Origin: Aulosira sp. ZfuVER01
Lineage (GTDB): Bacteria > Cyanobacteriota > Cyanobacteriia > Cyanobacteriales > Nostocaceae
Assembly (NCBI GenBank): GCA_034530615.2
Contig: JAVRCV020000039.1
Location: 1 to 64,000 of the forward strand
DNA length: 64,000 bases
Direction: 5' to 3'
Positions within the stretch are counted from its first letter, which is position 1. Every line of letters starts with the position of its first letter. The notes beneath the pieces were generated by a model. It saw only the letters and a program-made list of their open reading frames with translations, searched no databases and was not told where the DNA came from. The position numbers and the translations under genes were made by a program. Shown piece after piece: positions 30,881-41,327 of the stretch.

Positions 30881-32101
30881 ATGAAGAGCTTTGATGTAGT
30901 AGTTGTAGGTGCAGGGCCTGCTGGAGGACACTGTGCGAGATTATTAGCGAAAGCTGGTCGAAAAGTTTTGCTAGTAGAGCGATATGACAACTTTTCTGTA
31001 AATAGCTTTTCTAGCGCTGGAACTCCTATAGAAACATTAGCGAAGTTTGAATTACCTGATGAAGTTATTGGTAGTTATTGGCAAGGGATTAAAATTGTCA
31101 CCACCAATTTAAATGAAACCTGGGATTCGCCAAAACCTCTAGGTGTGGTTTTAGATTTTGCTAAATTGAGAGAATTTTTAGCTAATGAAGTCAAAGCCAG
31201 TGGTGGAGAAGTTTGGCTGGGGTACTTTTACTTGAGAAAAGTAAAGGAAGCAGGGCAAACTATTCTATTTTTTAAATCGAAAAAAGAAGGGGAGGTAAAG
31301 GTTGCAGCAAAAGTCATAGTCGATGCAACTGGCCCAACCAGAGCAGTCATCTATAACAAAGGAGAAACTCAACCATTATTCCACAGTGGCACAGGAATTG
31401 AGTATCTCTTAGAAGTCGAACCAGAGGATTACGAAAAACAATGCGATCGCTTAACTTTTTTCCTAGGTCATAAATGGATGCCAAAAGGCTATTCTTGGAT
31501 ATTTCCTATGGAAAATAATAAATTAAAAGTTGGTGCTGGATTGTTGAATTCACAGCATCAATTAATTAAAAAGCCAGAACCGATAAAATATTATATTGAA
31601 CTGATTATCAAAGATTATATTAAGCCCAAAAACTACAAAATTATCGATATTCATGGAGGAACACTAAAATATAGCCAGGGATTGCAAGATAAGTATTATA
31701 AAAAAAATATTATAGCTATTGGAGATGCTGTCTCTACTGTTAACTTTTTAGGAGGTGAAGGTATTAGGCATGGTATGTGTAGCGCTGAAGTGGCTGTTAA
31801 ATATATTGAAAAATATTTAAATAATGAAGCTTCAGATTTTAGAAATTATCAAAAGGAAATGTACAAAATATTTTATAAAAAGTGGATAATTTCCGAGAAA
31901 CTTGGGCTTAAAAAATATTTACTTGATAGTGACAATATAGTGGATCGGTCAATAACTTATCTTAAATTTTTGAATATTAATGAAATAATGGATTTACTCT
32001 TCAACTATAAATTTGAAAAATTTTCTAAGATATTCATAATTAGGTTATTCATCAAAACTCTGGAATTTTTCCGAAAAAGCTTTGGTTTCAAGGGTTCTTA
32101 A
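30881..32101 (+). CDS. FAD-dependent oxidoreductase, geranylgeranyl-reductase family
   Basis: GAGPAG, DATG, GYSWIFP, IGDA...GGEGIRHG. The 3' part is AT-rich. Confidence 0.85.
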   Translation: MKSFDVVVVGAGPAGGHCARLLAKAGRKVLLVERYDNFSVNSFSSAGTPIETLAKFELPDEVIGSYWQGIKIVTTNLNETWDSPKPLGVVLDFAKLREFLANEVKASGGEVWLGYFYLRKVKEAGQTILFFKSKKEGEVKVAAKVIVDATGPTRAVIYNKGETQPLFHSGTGIEYLLEVEPEDYEKQCDRLTFFLGHKWMPKGYSWIFPMENNKLKVGAGLLNSQHQLIKKPEPIKYYIELIIKDYIKPKNYKIIDIHGGTLKYSQGLQDKYYKKNIIAIGDAVSTVNFLGGEGIRHGMCSAEVAVKYIEKYLNNEASDFRNYQKEMYKIFYKKWIISEKLGLKKYLLDSDNIVDRSITYLKFLNINEIMDLLFNYKFEKFSKIFIIRLFIKTLEFFRKSFGFKGS

Positions 32102-32123
32102 TTTCTACTACCTAGATATAGAT

Positions 32124-32249
32124 TAATACAGTTCAGTTAGGCTGAGATGCAATATGTCGTAGTAGGGCACGGCACCGATAAGATTACTGTATACACCAAA
32201 AGATTGTGGACGCCGTGCCCCTACAATCTCTCTTAACTGAACCGTATAA
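32124..32249. mobile_element. MITE with ATACRGTTCAGTTA termini and an internal GTAG REP pair
   Basis: atacagttcagttagg ... cttaactgaaccgtat. Flanks AGATATAGAT / GGATATAGAA match 8/10. Internal gtagggcacggc...gccgtgcccctac. Confidence 0.75.
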
Positions 32250-32260
32250 GGATATAGAAT

Positions 32261-32289
32261 ATCCCCGACTTCTTTAAGAAGTCGGGGAT
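32261..32289. repeat. Perfect palindromic hairpin between convergent genes (REP-like or terminator)
   Basis: atccccgacttctt-t-aagaagtcggggat. Confidence 0.7.
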
Positions 32290-32312
32290 CTGAACACCAA
32301 GCTATAGTTGAT

Positions 32313-32804
32313 TTAACGATAATTTGTAAATTGCAAAGCTACGGGTAAGTCTTCTTGCTTCAAACGCTGAATTACAGTTTGCAATTCATCTTTAGATTTA
32401 GCTGTCACCCGCACCGCATCTCCTTGAATCGAAGCTTGCACTTTTTTAAACTCATCTCGAATCAATTTGGAAATTTGTTTGGCAATTTCTTGGCTAATAC
32501 CTTTTTTGAGTTTAATTTCTTGCCGTACACGATTACCACTGGCTGATTCAACTTTGCCAAAATCAAAGATTTTCTGAGAGAGATTGCGTTTAGCAGCTTT
32601 TTCTCGAAGAATGTTGTGTACAGAATCTAAGGTAAATTCACTGTCAGTATTAACGTCAATGCTTTCCTCACCTAACTCAACAGTAGTTGCAGTATCTTTG
32701 AGGTCGTAACGGCCTTTGATTTCTCGCACAACTTGATCGACGGTGTTAACCAATTCTTGTCGGTCAAAGTCACTCACAATGTCAAAGGAATAATTAGAAG
32801 CCAT
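32313..32804 (-). CDS. yajQ: YajQ family nucleotide/c-di-GMP-binding protein
   Basis: [32 protein letters not shown]. Confidence 0.93.
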   Translation of the reverse strand: MASNYSFDIVSDFDRQELVNTVDQVVREIKGRYDLKDTATTVELGEESIDVNTDSEFTLDSVHNILREKAAKRNLSQKIFDFGKVESASGNRVRQEIKLKKGISQEIAKQISKLIRDEFKKVQASIQGDAVRVTAKSKDELQTVIQRLKQEDLPVALQFTNYR

Positions 32805-33064
32805 AGCACATCTTTGAATTTTGGATTTTGGATGTGAAATAGGGATTAGGGATGAGTCAATTGCTAATTATTACCCTCCTCTATAATCCCTGCTTTGCGA
32901 TTGCAGATAAAAGAACAGCAGAAATAGATGGTTGTCACAGCATCATCAACCAAATCCATAAATAACATTAATTGTCGGTTATGGGCAATTAGGTAAACCT
33001 ATTACCCATGAACCATTCGTACTTCTCTTCTTTAGAATTAAACTCACGCAAACTCAGCCTCACG

Positions 33065-33568
33065 TTAGTCAAAGTAGAAAAGCGTAACCACTTTTCTCTG
33101 TTCTTCTGCATCTTTACAAGTTTGCAGCAGAGTACGACTGTCGTGAAATGCAAAGCAAATGAGTTGCTGGCAGCGGGAAATAATCTCCTTATTGCAAATG
33201 TAACTCGCTTCTGCGAGGGACAGATTATCGTTACTAGGATTTTCTACTAGGTGCATTACCAGTTCTAGCTGCTGACGCGATTCATGGGGCTGGCGTTCTA
33301 AGCTTTGGGGTAGAATCACCGTCAACAAATTGGCGTCAGCCCGCATTGCGCCTTTAATGGCAGCAGCATTGGTACCTGTAGCTCCAGAAGTAATAACCCG
33401 ATTGCCTGATAAAACCAAGGCATAGGTCATCATTTCAATGAGATTCTGGTGCGTAATCGGGACATGACGGGAACCCAGCAAGGCAATTCGTTTAGAACCT
33501 GTTTGCTGGATTGTTGCCAGTTCTTGCGCTAATGTATCGAGGTTAATAAGGTCTATTGACTGACTCAA
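33065..33568 (-). CDS. SLOG/DprA-like (DNA-processing A) domain protein
   Basis: IALLGSRH, ITSGATGTN, CFAFHDS. TTG start at 33568 likely. Confidence 0.75.
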   Translation of the reverse strand: MSQSIDLINLDTLAQELATIQQTGSKRIALLGSRHVPITHQNLIEMMTYALVLSGNRVITSGATGTNAAAIKGAMRADANLLTVILPQSLERQPHESRQQLELVMHLVENPSNDNLSLAEASYICNKEIISRCQQLICFAFHDSRTLLQTCKDAEEQRKVVTLFYFD

Positions 33569-33873
33569 AGATGGACGTAATGAGATGAAACGACCAGGAT
33601 ATTTTACCAAACAGAGTGTAAGTGCGAAGCCCTCTTGAGTTAGACTTTGCTACCTTTTCTCAATTATTGGTTGCGATAGTTGCATATTTTGTTAATAGTC
33701 AAGGGTTAAGAGTCAACAGTCAAATTCTTCCTCATCCTCCTCATCCCCCATCTTCCTCATGAGGGATAGCACGCCAGCACCTAGGAGGTGATAGCGAACT
33801 AATTCCTCGCTAGTAATAAAATCCTCTAATTGATGATTGAGCATTTATGCTCTGAATTTTTGAGTTGATGAGG

Positions 33874-34968
33874 TTAAGGTAACGCTGCTGCTGGATTTAA
33901 GCCTAGCTTGGATAACAAGCGTTCCAGGTCAAAATGCTCGCCCATCAACTGACGAATGCACTCTACTTTGATTGGTTCGTGAACACGCACTTGTCCAAAA
34001 GTGCGATCTACAATTTCCACAGTGGTGAGGGTATCTAAATCAACAGACAAAATGGGGATTTCTAGTTCGTCAGCACGACTTAGGATGAACTCGGGAGGTG
34101 GCAGTTGTCCAGTGAGGATGAGGCATTGAGTAGAAGTTTCCAATGCTGCTTGCTGAATTTCCACGCGATCGCCTCCTGTCACCACTGCCATATTTCGGCG
34201 TTTGCGAAAGTATTTGACAGCGGCATTGACATTCATCGCGCCAATTGCTAGGCTTTCCACCATTAAATCTAGGCGATCGCTACGACAGAGAACTTCGGCG
34301 TTTAACTGCTTCACCAGTTCACCGACACTGACACTGCGTAGTAAGTCACTTTTTGGTAGCATTGCTAACACAGGAATTCCCTGCTGCTCTAAGAATGGCC
34401 GCAAGAGATTGTTGACAGATTCTAGTTGTTCGCCAGGAATATCATTGAGTACAACACCGATCAAGCGATCGCCTATGCGCTGCTTGGCAGATAAAAGTGC
34501 CTCAACTGAAAGCAGAGATTTATAACGTGCTACTAACAATACGCTGGCATCTAATACTTGAGCCACTTGCGGCAAAGATAAGTTAAATAACTTACCTTCT
34601 TCCAAATCACCAGGTCCCTCTAGCAACACCAAATCTCCCTTGGAAATTGGCAAATATTGCTGGACTAGGGACTGCTGATAATCAGTTTTGTCTTCGCCAC
34701 GTAAGCGTTTTTGCACGCTGACTTCATCCAAAGCCAGCATTGTGGGAGCAAGTCGATTTTCGCTCAGGTTAAGGCTATTGGCAATGAACTGGACATCTTC
34801 CTCAAAGACCCTACCAACAGATACATTGAAACAGGTACCTAAAGGTTTGCCATAGGAAATATCCAGTCCTGTTTGCTGTAGCTGATAAGACAAACCTAGA
34901 ACTGTAGCAGATTTACCACTGTAAGTCTCAGTCGATCCAATCAGCAAATATTTCGCGGATTTTGGCAC
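33874..34968 (-). CDS. Phosphotransacetylase-family protein (BioD-like N-terminus + DRTGG domain)
   Basis: GSTETYSGKS, YGKPLG, VVTGGDR, LILTG. Confidence 0.85.
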   Translation of the reverse strand: MPKSAKYLLIGSTETYSGKSATVLGLSYQLQQTGLDISYGKPLGTCFNVSVGRVFEEDVQFIANSLNLSENRLAPTMLALDEVSVQKRLRGEDKTDYQQSLVQQYLPISKGDLVLLEGPGDLEEGKLFNLSLPQVAQVLDASVLLVARYKSLLSVEALLSAKQRIGDRLIGVVLNDIPGEQLESVNNLLRPFLEQQGIPVLAMLPKSDLLRSVSVGELVKQLNAEVLCRSDRLDLMVESLAIGAMNVNAAVKYFRKRRNMAVVTGGDRVEIQQAALETSTQCLILTGQLPPPEFILSRADELEIPILSVDLDTLTTVEIVDRTFGQVRVHEPIKVECIRQLMGEHFDLERLLSKLGLNPAAALP

Positions 34969-35165
34969 ACATGCACTCCTATATTCAAAAGGAAGTAGAA
35001 TCCAGCTTGGTGTTTTCTAATTTTAGGTCGAACTTAGCGATCGCTGTTGTTACAAACCTCATTTCTAGGAGTTATTGCTCAAATCGCCAGAAAAATGCAT
35101 GACTCAAAATAAAGTCTTTTTCTGGCGATATTACTAAAATTATTAGATTTTCAGGCTCCGCCAGA

Positions 35166-35540
35166 TCATTCATCTATACGCAGCAGCTTGCGATAAAAAG
35201 CTTGAGAAAAATCGGTCAGGCGATGGCGTTTATAGTTGTCCATCAATTCAATTAAATAAGTTATAAACTCGGAACTCGCCATCATTATCTCGTAACTTAG
35301 CTCTGCATCGCCGTCAAACTGCATTCGGCAACGGGTCAAGTCTGAAGGTAGGCTAGCAACATTCCAGGTGGCAACAAAGGGAATATTTTCACTAGCCTCT
35401 ATTTTGCGATGACCTTCTAGGACGCCTTTTTGATAAAGACTGATGGCATAGGGTAAGAAGTTGCGCCTAGCGCCCTGAATGTAGGGTAGGTAAACACTTG
35501 CTTGTTGTTGGCTAGCTGGCTGAAGTTGCTCAATAGACAT
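35166..35540 (-). CDS. ebsA: Type IV pilus/secretion factor EbsA
   Basis: VYLPY...LPYAISLYQKG.LEG.RKIE...F.ATW...LP.DLT.C...DFSQAFYRKLL. Adjacent to the DRTGG gene. Confidence 0.8.
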   Translation of the reverse strand: MSIEQLQPASQQQASVYLPYIQGARRNFLPYAISLYQKGVLEGHRKIEASENIPFVATWNVASLPSDLTRCRMQFDGDAELSYEIMMASSEFITYLIELMDNYKRHRLTDFSQAFYRKLLRIDE

Positions 35541-36094
35541 CGTTAAATATTCCTCAAGTTATGTAAAAGTAACTGGGGATGAGAGTTTGGGTAAAGAAGT
35601 AGAGGGTGGAGGATTTTTCGCCGCCACTTTTGTTAAATAAAGAAGTAGGTGTCAATAGTAAGTATTCCCAAAAAATTCTGGTTTATACATTTTCTGCAAA
35701 ATACTGCTGAGTTCCGAGTTATACGAATTTGCATAGCAAAATCATCAGTGGAAAGCCTTTGCCAGTGCCATCTATGGTCGAGGCAATAAAGTTACTGTTA
35801 AGAAATATGTGAATGTCAGGTACAATAGGGTCGCATTAGCTTTTATGGAAGCTGAGAGCAATAACAATCAAAAATCTCTTCTATCTAGAGATAGATGCTG
35901 TTATTGTGACTTCTCTCAACAACTAGCTGTTGCTACTTGGCGATCGCTTTGCCTAAAGGCTCTATTTATGAGTCACAAGAGGTAGCAAATTACTGCCAAT
36001 CCAGGGCTAGCTCAAGGTTCTACAGTTTGGTGTTACCTGATTCTCAGCTTCTTTACAGGCGTAGACAAATAGTGGTTTTTGAATCAAGTAACCT

Positions 36095-37504
36095 ATGCCA
36101 GCGAATTTCTGGCCCGAAGACGATTCTAGCAACGAGCTTGCTCCGCTTGACTCTCTGTTGTCTGACCTTTCAGCAACCGAGGAGTTAGTAGTAGATACAG
36201 AACCTTTGTTTCTACCATTCCGGTTTCAAGGACGCAGACGCAAAGCGGCTCTAGTTTTGACTATAGTCTGGAGTAGCACGATCGCTCTGCATTTAGCTTC
36301 CTGGGGTTTTATATTCGTACTGGGTCTGACCACTATTCTAGGTATTCACGCTTTGGAGGTGGTATTTGCCAGACCCCGCCGTCATCCAAAACAAATGCAG
36401 GGAGATTTACCTTCTGTATCTGTTTTAGTGTCAGCTAAAAATGAGGAATCAGTAATTGGTAGATTAGTCAAGAGTCTTTGCAATCTGGAATATCCAGATG
36501 AGAAGTACGAACTATGGATAATTGACGATAACAGCAGTGACAGTACACCGCAGTTATTAACAGAACTGGCAAAGGAATACAAACAACTGAAAATCTTCCG
36601 GCGTACCGCACAAGCTACAGGCGGTAAATCTGGGGCATTGAATCAAGTTTTACCTCTGACTAAGGGTGAAATCATCGCAGTGTTTGATGCCGATGCCCAA
36701 GTATCACCAGACTTGTTGCTACAAGTAGTACCTTTATTCCAAAGAGAAAAGGTAGGGGCGGTGCAGGTACGAAAAGCGATCGCCAATGCCAACGAGAATT
36801 TTTGGACTAAAGGCCAAATGGCGGAGATGGCGCTGGATACCTATTTTCAGCAACAGCGGACTGCCCTTGGTGGAATTGGTGAACTGCGGGGTAACGGGCA
36901 ATTTGTCCGGCGTACAGCCTTAACAAGTTGCGGTGGGTGGAACGAAGAAACCATCACCGATGATTTGGATTTGACGCTGCGCTTACATCTAGACAACTGG
37001 GATATTGAGTGCGTATTCTCGCCAGCTGTAGAAGAAGAAGGTGTGACAAATGCGATCGCACTTTGGCATCAGCGCAACCGTTGGGCAGAAGGTGGATATC
37101 AGCGCTATTTAGATTACTGGGATTTGCTCCTGAAAAATCGCTTAGGGGTGCGCAAAACTTGGGATCTACTGAGCTTTATGCTGATTATGTACATCTTACC
37201 AACAGCAACAATCCCAGATTTATTAATGGCGATCGCCCGCCATCGTCCGCCAATATTAGGCCCCATCACAGGCTTGTCTGTTAGCCTTTCCATGATTGGG
37301 ATGTTCACTGGTTTAAGGCGGATTCATCAAGCAGAAAAATTCCAGTTTTCCACATATTTACTGTTACTGCTGCAAACCCTACGTGGCACTTTATATATGT
37401 TCCACTGGTTGGTAGTCATGAGCAGTACCACCGCCCGGATGTCATTCCGGCAAAAACGGCTGAAATGGGTGAAAACTGTGCATACAGGTGTGGAGAAAGC
37501 GTAA
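36095..37504 (+). CDS. mgdA: Monoglucosyldiacylglycerol synthase (GT2)
   Basis: GT2 motifs DD, GGKSGALN, FDAD, TDDLD, QRNRW. N-terminus and C-terminal WVKTVH match the cyanobacterial MGlcDG synthase. Confidence 0.85.
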   Translation: MPANFWPEDDSSNELAPLDSLLSDLSATEELVVDTEPLFLPFRFQGRRRKAALVLTIVWSSTIALHLASWGFIFVLGLTTILGIHALEVVFARPRRHPKQMQGDLPSVSVLVSAKNEESVIGRLVKSLCNLEYPDEKYELWIIDDNSSDSTPQLLTELAKEYKQLKIFRRTAQATGGKSGALNQVLPLTKGEIIAVFDADAQVSPDLLLQVVPLFQREKVGAVQVRKAIANANENFWTKGQMAEMALDTYFQQQRTALGGIGELRGNGQFVRRTALTSCGGWNEETITDDLDLTLRLHLDNWDIECVFSPAVEEEGVTNAIALWHQRNRWAEGGYQRYLDYWDLLLKNRLGVRKTWDLLSFMLIMYILPTATIPDLLMAIARHRPPILGPITGLSVSLSMIGMFTGLRRIHQAEKFQFSTYLLLLLQTLRGTLYMFHWLVVMSSTTARMSFRQKRLKWVKTVHTGVEKA

Positions 37505-37556
37505 GAAAGTCAAGGGTCAATAGTTATTAGACTTTTGACTCTTGACTCTTTGTAAT

Positions 37557-39551
37557 TTATTCATCATCGAGATCCGATTCATCAAGTAAATCAGATCCAA
37601 CCATATTCTCAGAAAAGGCTACTGCATCATCTGACAAGCGGATTACTTGTCCTTGAAAAAATTCTGCTAATCGTTGAGCTGCGATCGCTACTTCATCAGT
37701 TTCCCAATCACCAGGAGGTGTGGGGGCTGGAGATGGTGGCAAAGTTTGCACTCTTCCATTGCCATTGCCATTGCCATTACCATTACTATTCCCTTTAGCC
37801 GCTGGCTCTGTTTTTGGTGGTGCTGGTGTGGGTGGTGGCTGTACTGGTGTAGGTGGTGGAGTTTGCCTGTCGTAACTAAGCGGCGGTGGCTGCTTAACAA
37901 TAGTTGAGCCGTTGCTCGGAGGGTGTTTCTTGGTTGAACTAGAGGTTGAGGGAGTTCCGACTTCTAAGCTGACTTTGACTTCCCGCTGGAAAGTTTGCTG
38001 AAAAGCAGCGGTAATCATCTGCAAATCTGATTGTACTTTTTTATGCCATGCTGCTTTCACGCCAACACGGGCGTAAGCACCATCAAATTCTATAAGATGG
38101 CACATTTGTCGCAGTAACTCTCGCCTCGGTATCTGCTGAATATTACTAAGAACTTGCTGCCAAATTTGGGTAAAATCTGCTGCTGTCGTTTCAACAATTT
38201 CCTGTGTAGGTGGTGCAGTAGCTACTGATTCTACAGGTGGATTTAATGGCTTCGGTTCCTCAGGTAGCTGAGAAACTATGACACTTTCTGGAGGCGGTGA
38301 TGATACCGCTTTCACAGCAGAGATGTTATTTGCTGGCTGGGGGATTGGGGAAACCGGGGGAGACGCAACAGAAGGGGGAGATGAGGTGATGGGGGGTTGG
38401 CTTGGTGAAACTGCTGGTGCGCTGATTCTCGGCAGTGCGCTTGCGACTTGCACCGGAATATTTGCACTTGGTAATAAGCCAAGCAATGTCACCTCTAACC
38501 ACAAACGCGGCTGGGTCGTGTTTTTAATTTGTAGTTCGGCTTCGCGTAAGTGTTTCTGCCCTGCCAAAATTGTACTTATGTCCAGCTTCTGGGCTAATCC
38601 AGTAAATGCTTGCCAGGTTTGCTCAGTACAAGCAACTAAATCTTGGCGGTTAGGTGCAGTTTTCGCAATGAGTAAATCGCGATAGCAAGCGGCGAGATTT
38701 TGCAAAATAGTCAGCGGTTCTCGACCGCGATCGAGGATTTTGCGGGTACTGTCGAGAATTGCTTCTGCATTATCTTGCGCGATCGCATCTAACAAGGCTA
38801 TCAAGTCCCGTTCGCTAACCGAACCGACTAAATCCCAAACTCTGTCTGGTACAATTTCACCCGACAACAGTGCTAATTGGTCGAGTAAACTTTCTGCATC
38901 CCGCAATCCTCCCTGCGCAATTTGGGCTACTAAGGTGACAGCATCTAGCGAAATATGAATGTTTTCTTTATGAGCGATCGCGCTTAAATGCTGCACCATC
39001 GCCTCTAAGTTGATGCGTCTAAAATCAAACCTTTGGCAACGAGAAATAATTGTGGGCAATACTCGCTGGGGGTCGGTTGTCGCTAATACAAAGACTACGT
39101 GTTTCGGTGGTTCTTCTAGCGTCTTTAGTAGCGCATTGAACGCCTGAGTACTGAGCATATGACATTCATCGATGACATACACCTTGTAACGGCACTGTAC
39201 AGGGGCGAACTGCGCTTTTTCTATAATCTCGCGGATGTTATCAACACCAGTGTTGCTGGCTGCGTCGATTTCAATCACATCTAAAGAGTAGCCTTTAGTA
39301 ATGCCCTGACAGACATCGCACAAACCACAAGGTTCAGCAGTCGGCTTACCACTACTAAGACAATTGAGGGATTTGGCGAGAATTCTTGCACTAGAAGTTT
39401 TTCCTGTACCTCTGGGGCCAGTAAATAAATAGGCAGGAGCGATTTTGGATGAGCGAATCGCGTTAGTGAGGGTGGTAGCGATCGCCTCTTGTCCCACTAA
39501 TTCAGCAAAACTCTTTGGGCGATACTTGTGGTGCAGGGGTTCGTAAGACAT
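37557..39551 (-). CDS. dnaX: DNA polymerase III subunit gamma/tau (no intein)
   Basis: KYRP, GPRGTGKT, EIDAAS, uninterrupted IDECHML, SRCQ. Pro-rich linkers and an (NG)n tract. Confidence 0.96.
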   Translation of the reverse strand: MSYEPLHHKYRPKSFAELVGQEAIATTLTNAIRSSKIAPAYLFTGPRGTGKTSSARILAKSLNCLSSGKPTAEPCGLCDVCQGITKGYSLDVIEIDAASNTGVDNIREIIEKAQFAPVQCRYKVYVIDECHMLSTQAFNALLKTLEEPPKHVVFVLATTDPQRVLPTIISRCQRFDFRRINLEAMVQHLSAIAHKENIHISLDAVTLVAQIAQGGLRDAESLLDQLALLSGEIVPDRVWDLVGSVSERDLIALLDAIAQDNAEAILDSTRKILDRGREPLTILQNLAACYRDLLIAKTAPNRQDLVACTEQTWQAFTGLAQKLDISTILAGQKHLREAELQIKNTTQPRLWLEVTLLGLLPSANIPVQVASALPRISAPAVSPSQPPITSSPPSVASPPVSPIPQPANNISAVKAVSSPPPESVIVSQLPEEPKPLNPPVESVATAPPTQEIVETTAADFTQIWQQVLSNIQQIPRRELLRQMCHLIEFDGAYARVGVKAAWHKKVQSDLQMITAAFQQTFQREVKVSLEVGTPSTSSSTKKHPPSNGSTIVKQPPPLSYDRQTPPPTPVQPPPTPAPPKTEPAAKGNSNGNGNGNGNGRVQTLPPSPAPTPPGDWETDEVAIAAQRLAEFFQGQVIRLSDDAVAFSENMVGSDLLDESDLDDE

Positions 39552-40271
39552 AAGATTGCAGCACCCAGTCGAGTTTGGGATGACACGGTTTTGACAGTCC
39601 TCTGCTTTTGAGCGAGGGTATTTTGAGGTTGAACTTGCTTTTTTGGGTTCACGGGCAGTAAGTCCAGCACTAGACTGGAGTTAGCCAAATGCTACTGCCA
39701 AGCAGGTTCGCATGGTAACTTACCGAAAGCTAGAGTAGCAAGCTTCCTGCGTTCTCCCATGAGAAAATACTTTGGAAACCCAAACTTATTGTTTCCAAAT
39801 CATCAACTACTGTTTAACAGTTAGTACGCTATTTTTATATTGTTTATTGTTACTCAGTTGCTAGATTCAAAATTTATGTGCTTTCGTATAGCACTATTTA
39901 TCCTATATTTCTACAGGCACAGCCGAAGAGGTTTTCACCTGTGGCAATAGTCCAATTATATCAGAAGAGGACGGGGCTTAAAAGTTCAAAGGTTTTATTT
40001 GATACAATGTTGCTTCAGTATTAAAATCAGCCTTTGCAATATCCTTTTGTTGACCCTACCCCGATATCAGGCGTAGCTTTCAGCTTTTGCACTATATCTG
40101 GTAAACTACCCAGAACAAAACTCTACTTTAGCCTATTATGCGAGTTTTTCGTTGCAGCATGAGCAATAGAAAGTTTTTTCGGACTGAAGTTTGTGACTGT
40201 AAATGAATTATTGGCTTGATTAAAGCTATAGTAAACTGCGATCGCTACAATCTTAGGGTAAAGAATACTCA

Positions 40272-40970
40272 ATGGTGCAGCAGATGCTCAGGCGGCTCAT
40301 TCAGTGGTTTAAAAAGTTGTTTCAACGCTTGTTTGGTGGGAAACCAACTCGCTCCGAAGCTAGGAGAGATGTTCCCATAGAACCACCGCCACAACTCAGC
40401 GATACAGATTTAGAATTTCTGTTCAACGAACTTTTGGAGGGTGTGCATCAAGCACGAGGACAAGCGTGGGCAGTAAAGTGGCTACATAATATTGAACATC
40501 GCATCCCAACTGAACGCTGGGTTGCGTGGTTAGGAGTCTTAGGAGAAAGATTGCTCGCAGCACCTACACCTAATAATGAATTAGCAACCCGGCTAGTACA
40601 ACTAGGTGATTTAGGTGTGGGCGAAGTAGGAGACGTTGCCTACGATATCGGGATGCAATTGTTGACGCGCAATCAAGGCGGCGAACCAGTTTGGGAATAT
40701 GCCGGGCCAGATGCTGTGACATCTGCACCACCGCCAGAGAATGACTTGGTAACAAGTGCAGCGGATACAGAAGACAATGTTTCTGAGGAAGGTTATCAAA
40801 CTGTTACCTTGGAACAGCTGTTTGCCATGATGCAGGAGGATGAAACCTTATCCCAGCAGGTTGCTCAACAACTGGGACTTGAGACAAACGACCCACAAGT
40901 TATTATCCAAGCATTGATTAATCAGTATCATGCTGCAAATCAAGAGGCTACAGAACAAACAGAGTCTTGA
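40272..40970 (+). CDS. Hypothetical protein, paralog of the N-terminal region of the downstream TPR-CHAT protein
   Basis: MLRRLIQWFKKLFQ...DLEFLFNELLEGVHQARG aligns with 41328 onward. The start may be 40284. Confidence 0.8.
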   Translation: MVQQMLRRLIQWFKKLFQRLFGGKPTRSEARRDVPIEPPPQLSDTDLEFLFNELLEGVHQARGQAWAVKWLHNIEHRIPTERWVAWLGVLGERLLAAPTPNNELATRLVQLGDLGVGEVGDVAYDIGMQLLTRNQGGEPVWEYAGPDAVTSAPPPENDLVTSAADTEDNVSEEGYQTVTLEQLFAMMQEDETLSQQVAQQLGLETNDPQVIIQALINQYHAANQEATEQTES

Positions 40971-41039
40971 CTTTCTCGCCCAAAAGCAAAAAAATAGTCG
41001 CACTGTGGGAAATTCAAAATTCACGTTAAGGTAAATCAC

Positions 41040-41143
41040 CTAGTACCGTTACGCGAAATTCGGATATTTATAATTCGTAATTACTTTTTTGCAAAGGTTA
41101 CAGAATTTATAATGGGTGGTTTATTTACACCATGTTCTACTAG
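41040..41143. mobile_element. CTAG-ended MITE-like element
   Basis: CTAGTA...TACTAG ends. Its reverse complement resembles 61565-61660 at both ends. Confidence 0.65.
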
Positions 41144-41327
41144 TAACTACGGACTATTGGCTAATTTCCAATGCCCCGTGCCCCATGCCCCATGCCCAAT
41201 ACGCAATCGTGATGAATTATTTCACAACTTTTTTATCTTGTGACTCGTGGCTTTTTACGTAATTCACGATCTTTTTAACACAACGATGGCTACAATCTAG
41301 GTTAAACAAAATCCAAGAGTGTGACAG

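Noticed and set aside
35880..35895. TCTATC-N4-GATAGA palindrome as a shared stress-regulon motif
   Set aside because: Similar sites upstream of hflX, glf and GH2 are only partial matches; not supportable without motif statistics.
38036..38042. AAAAAAG in dnaX as an E. coli-like -1 frameshift site
   Set aside because: The register is T-AAA-AAA-G, not A-AAA-AAG, and no clear stimulatory elements were seen.
39140..39200. DnaX intein
   Set aside because: IDECHMLSTQAFNALLK is uninterrupted.
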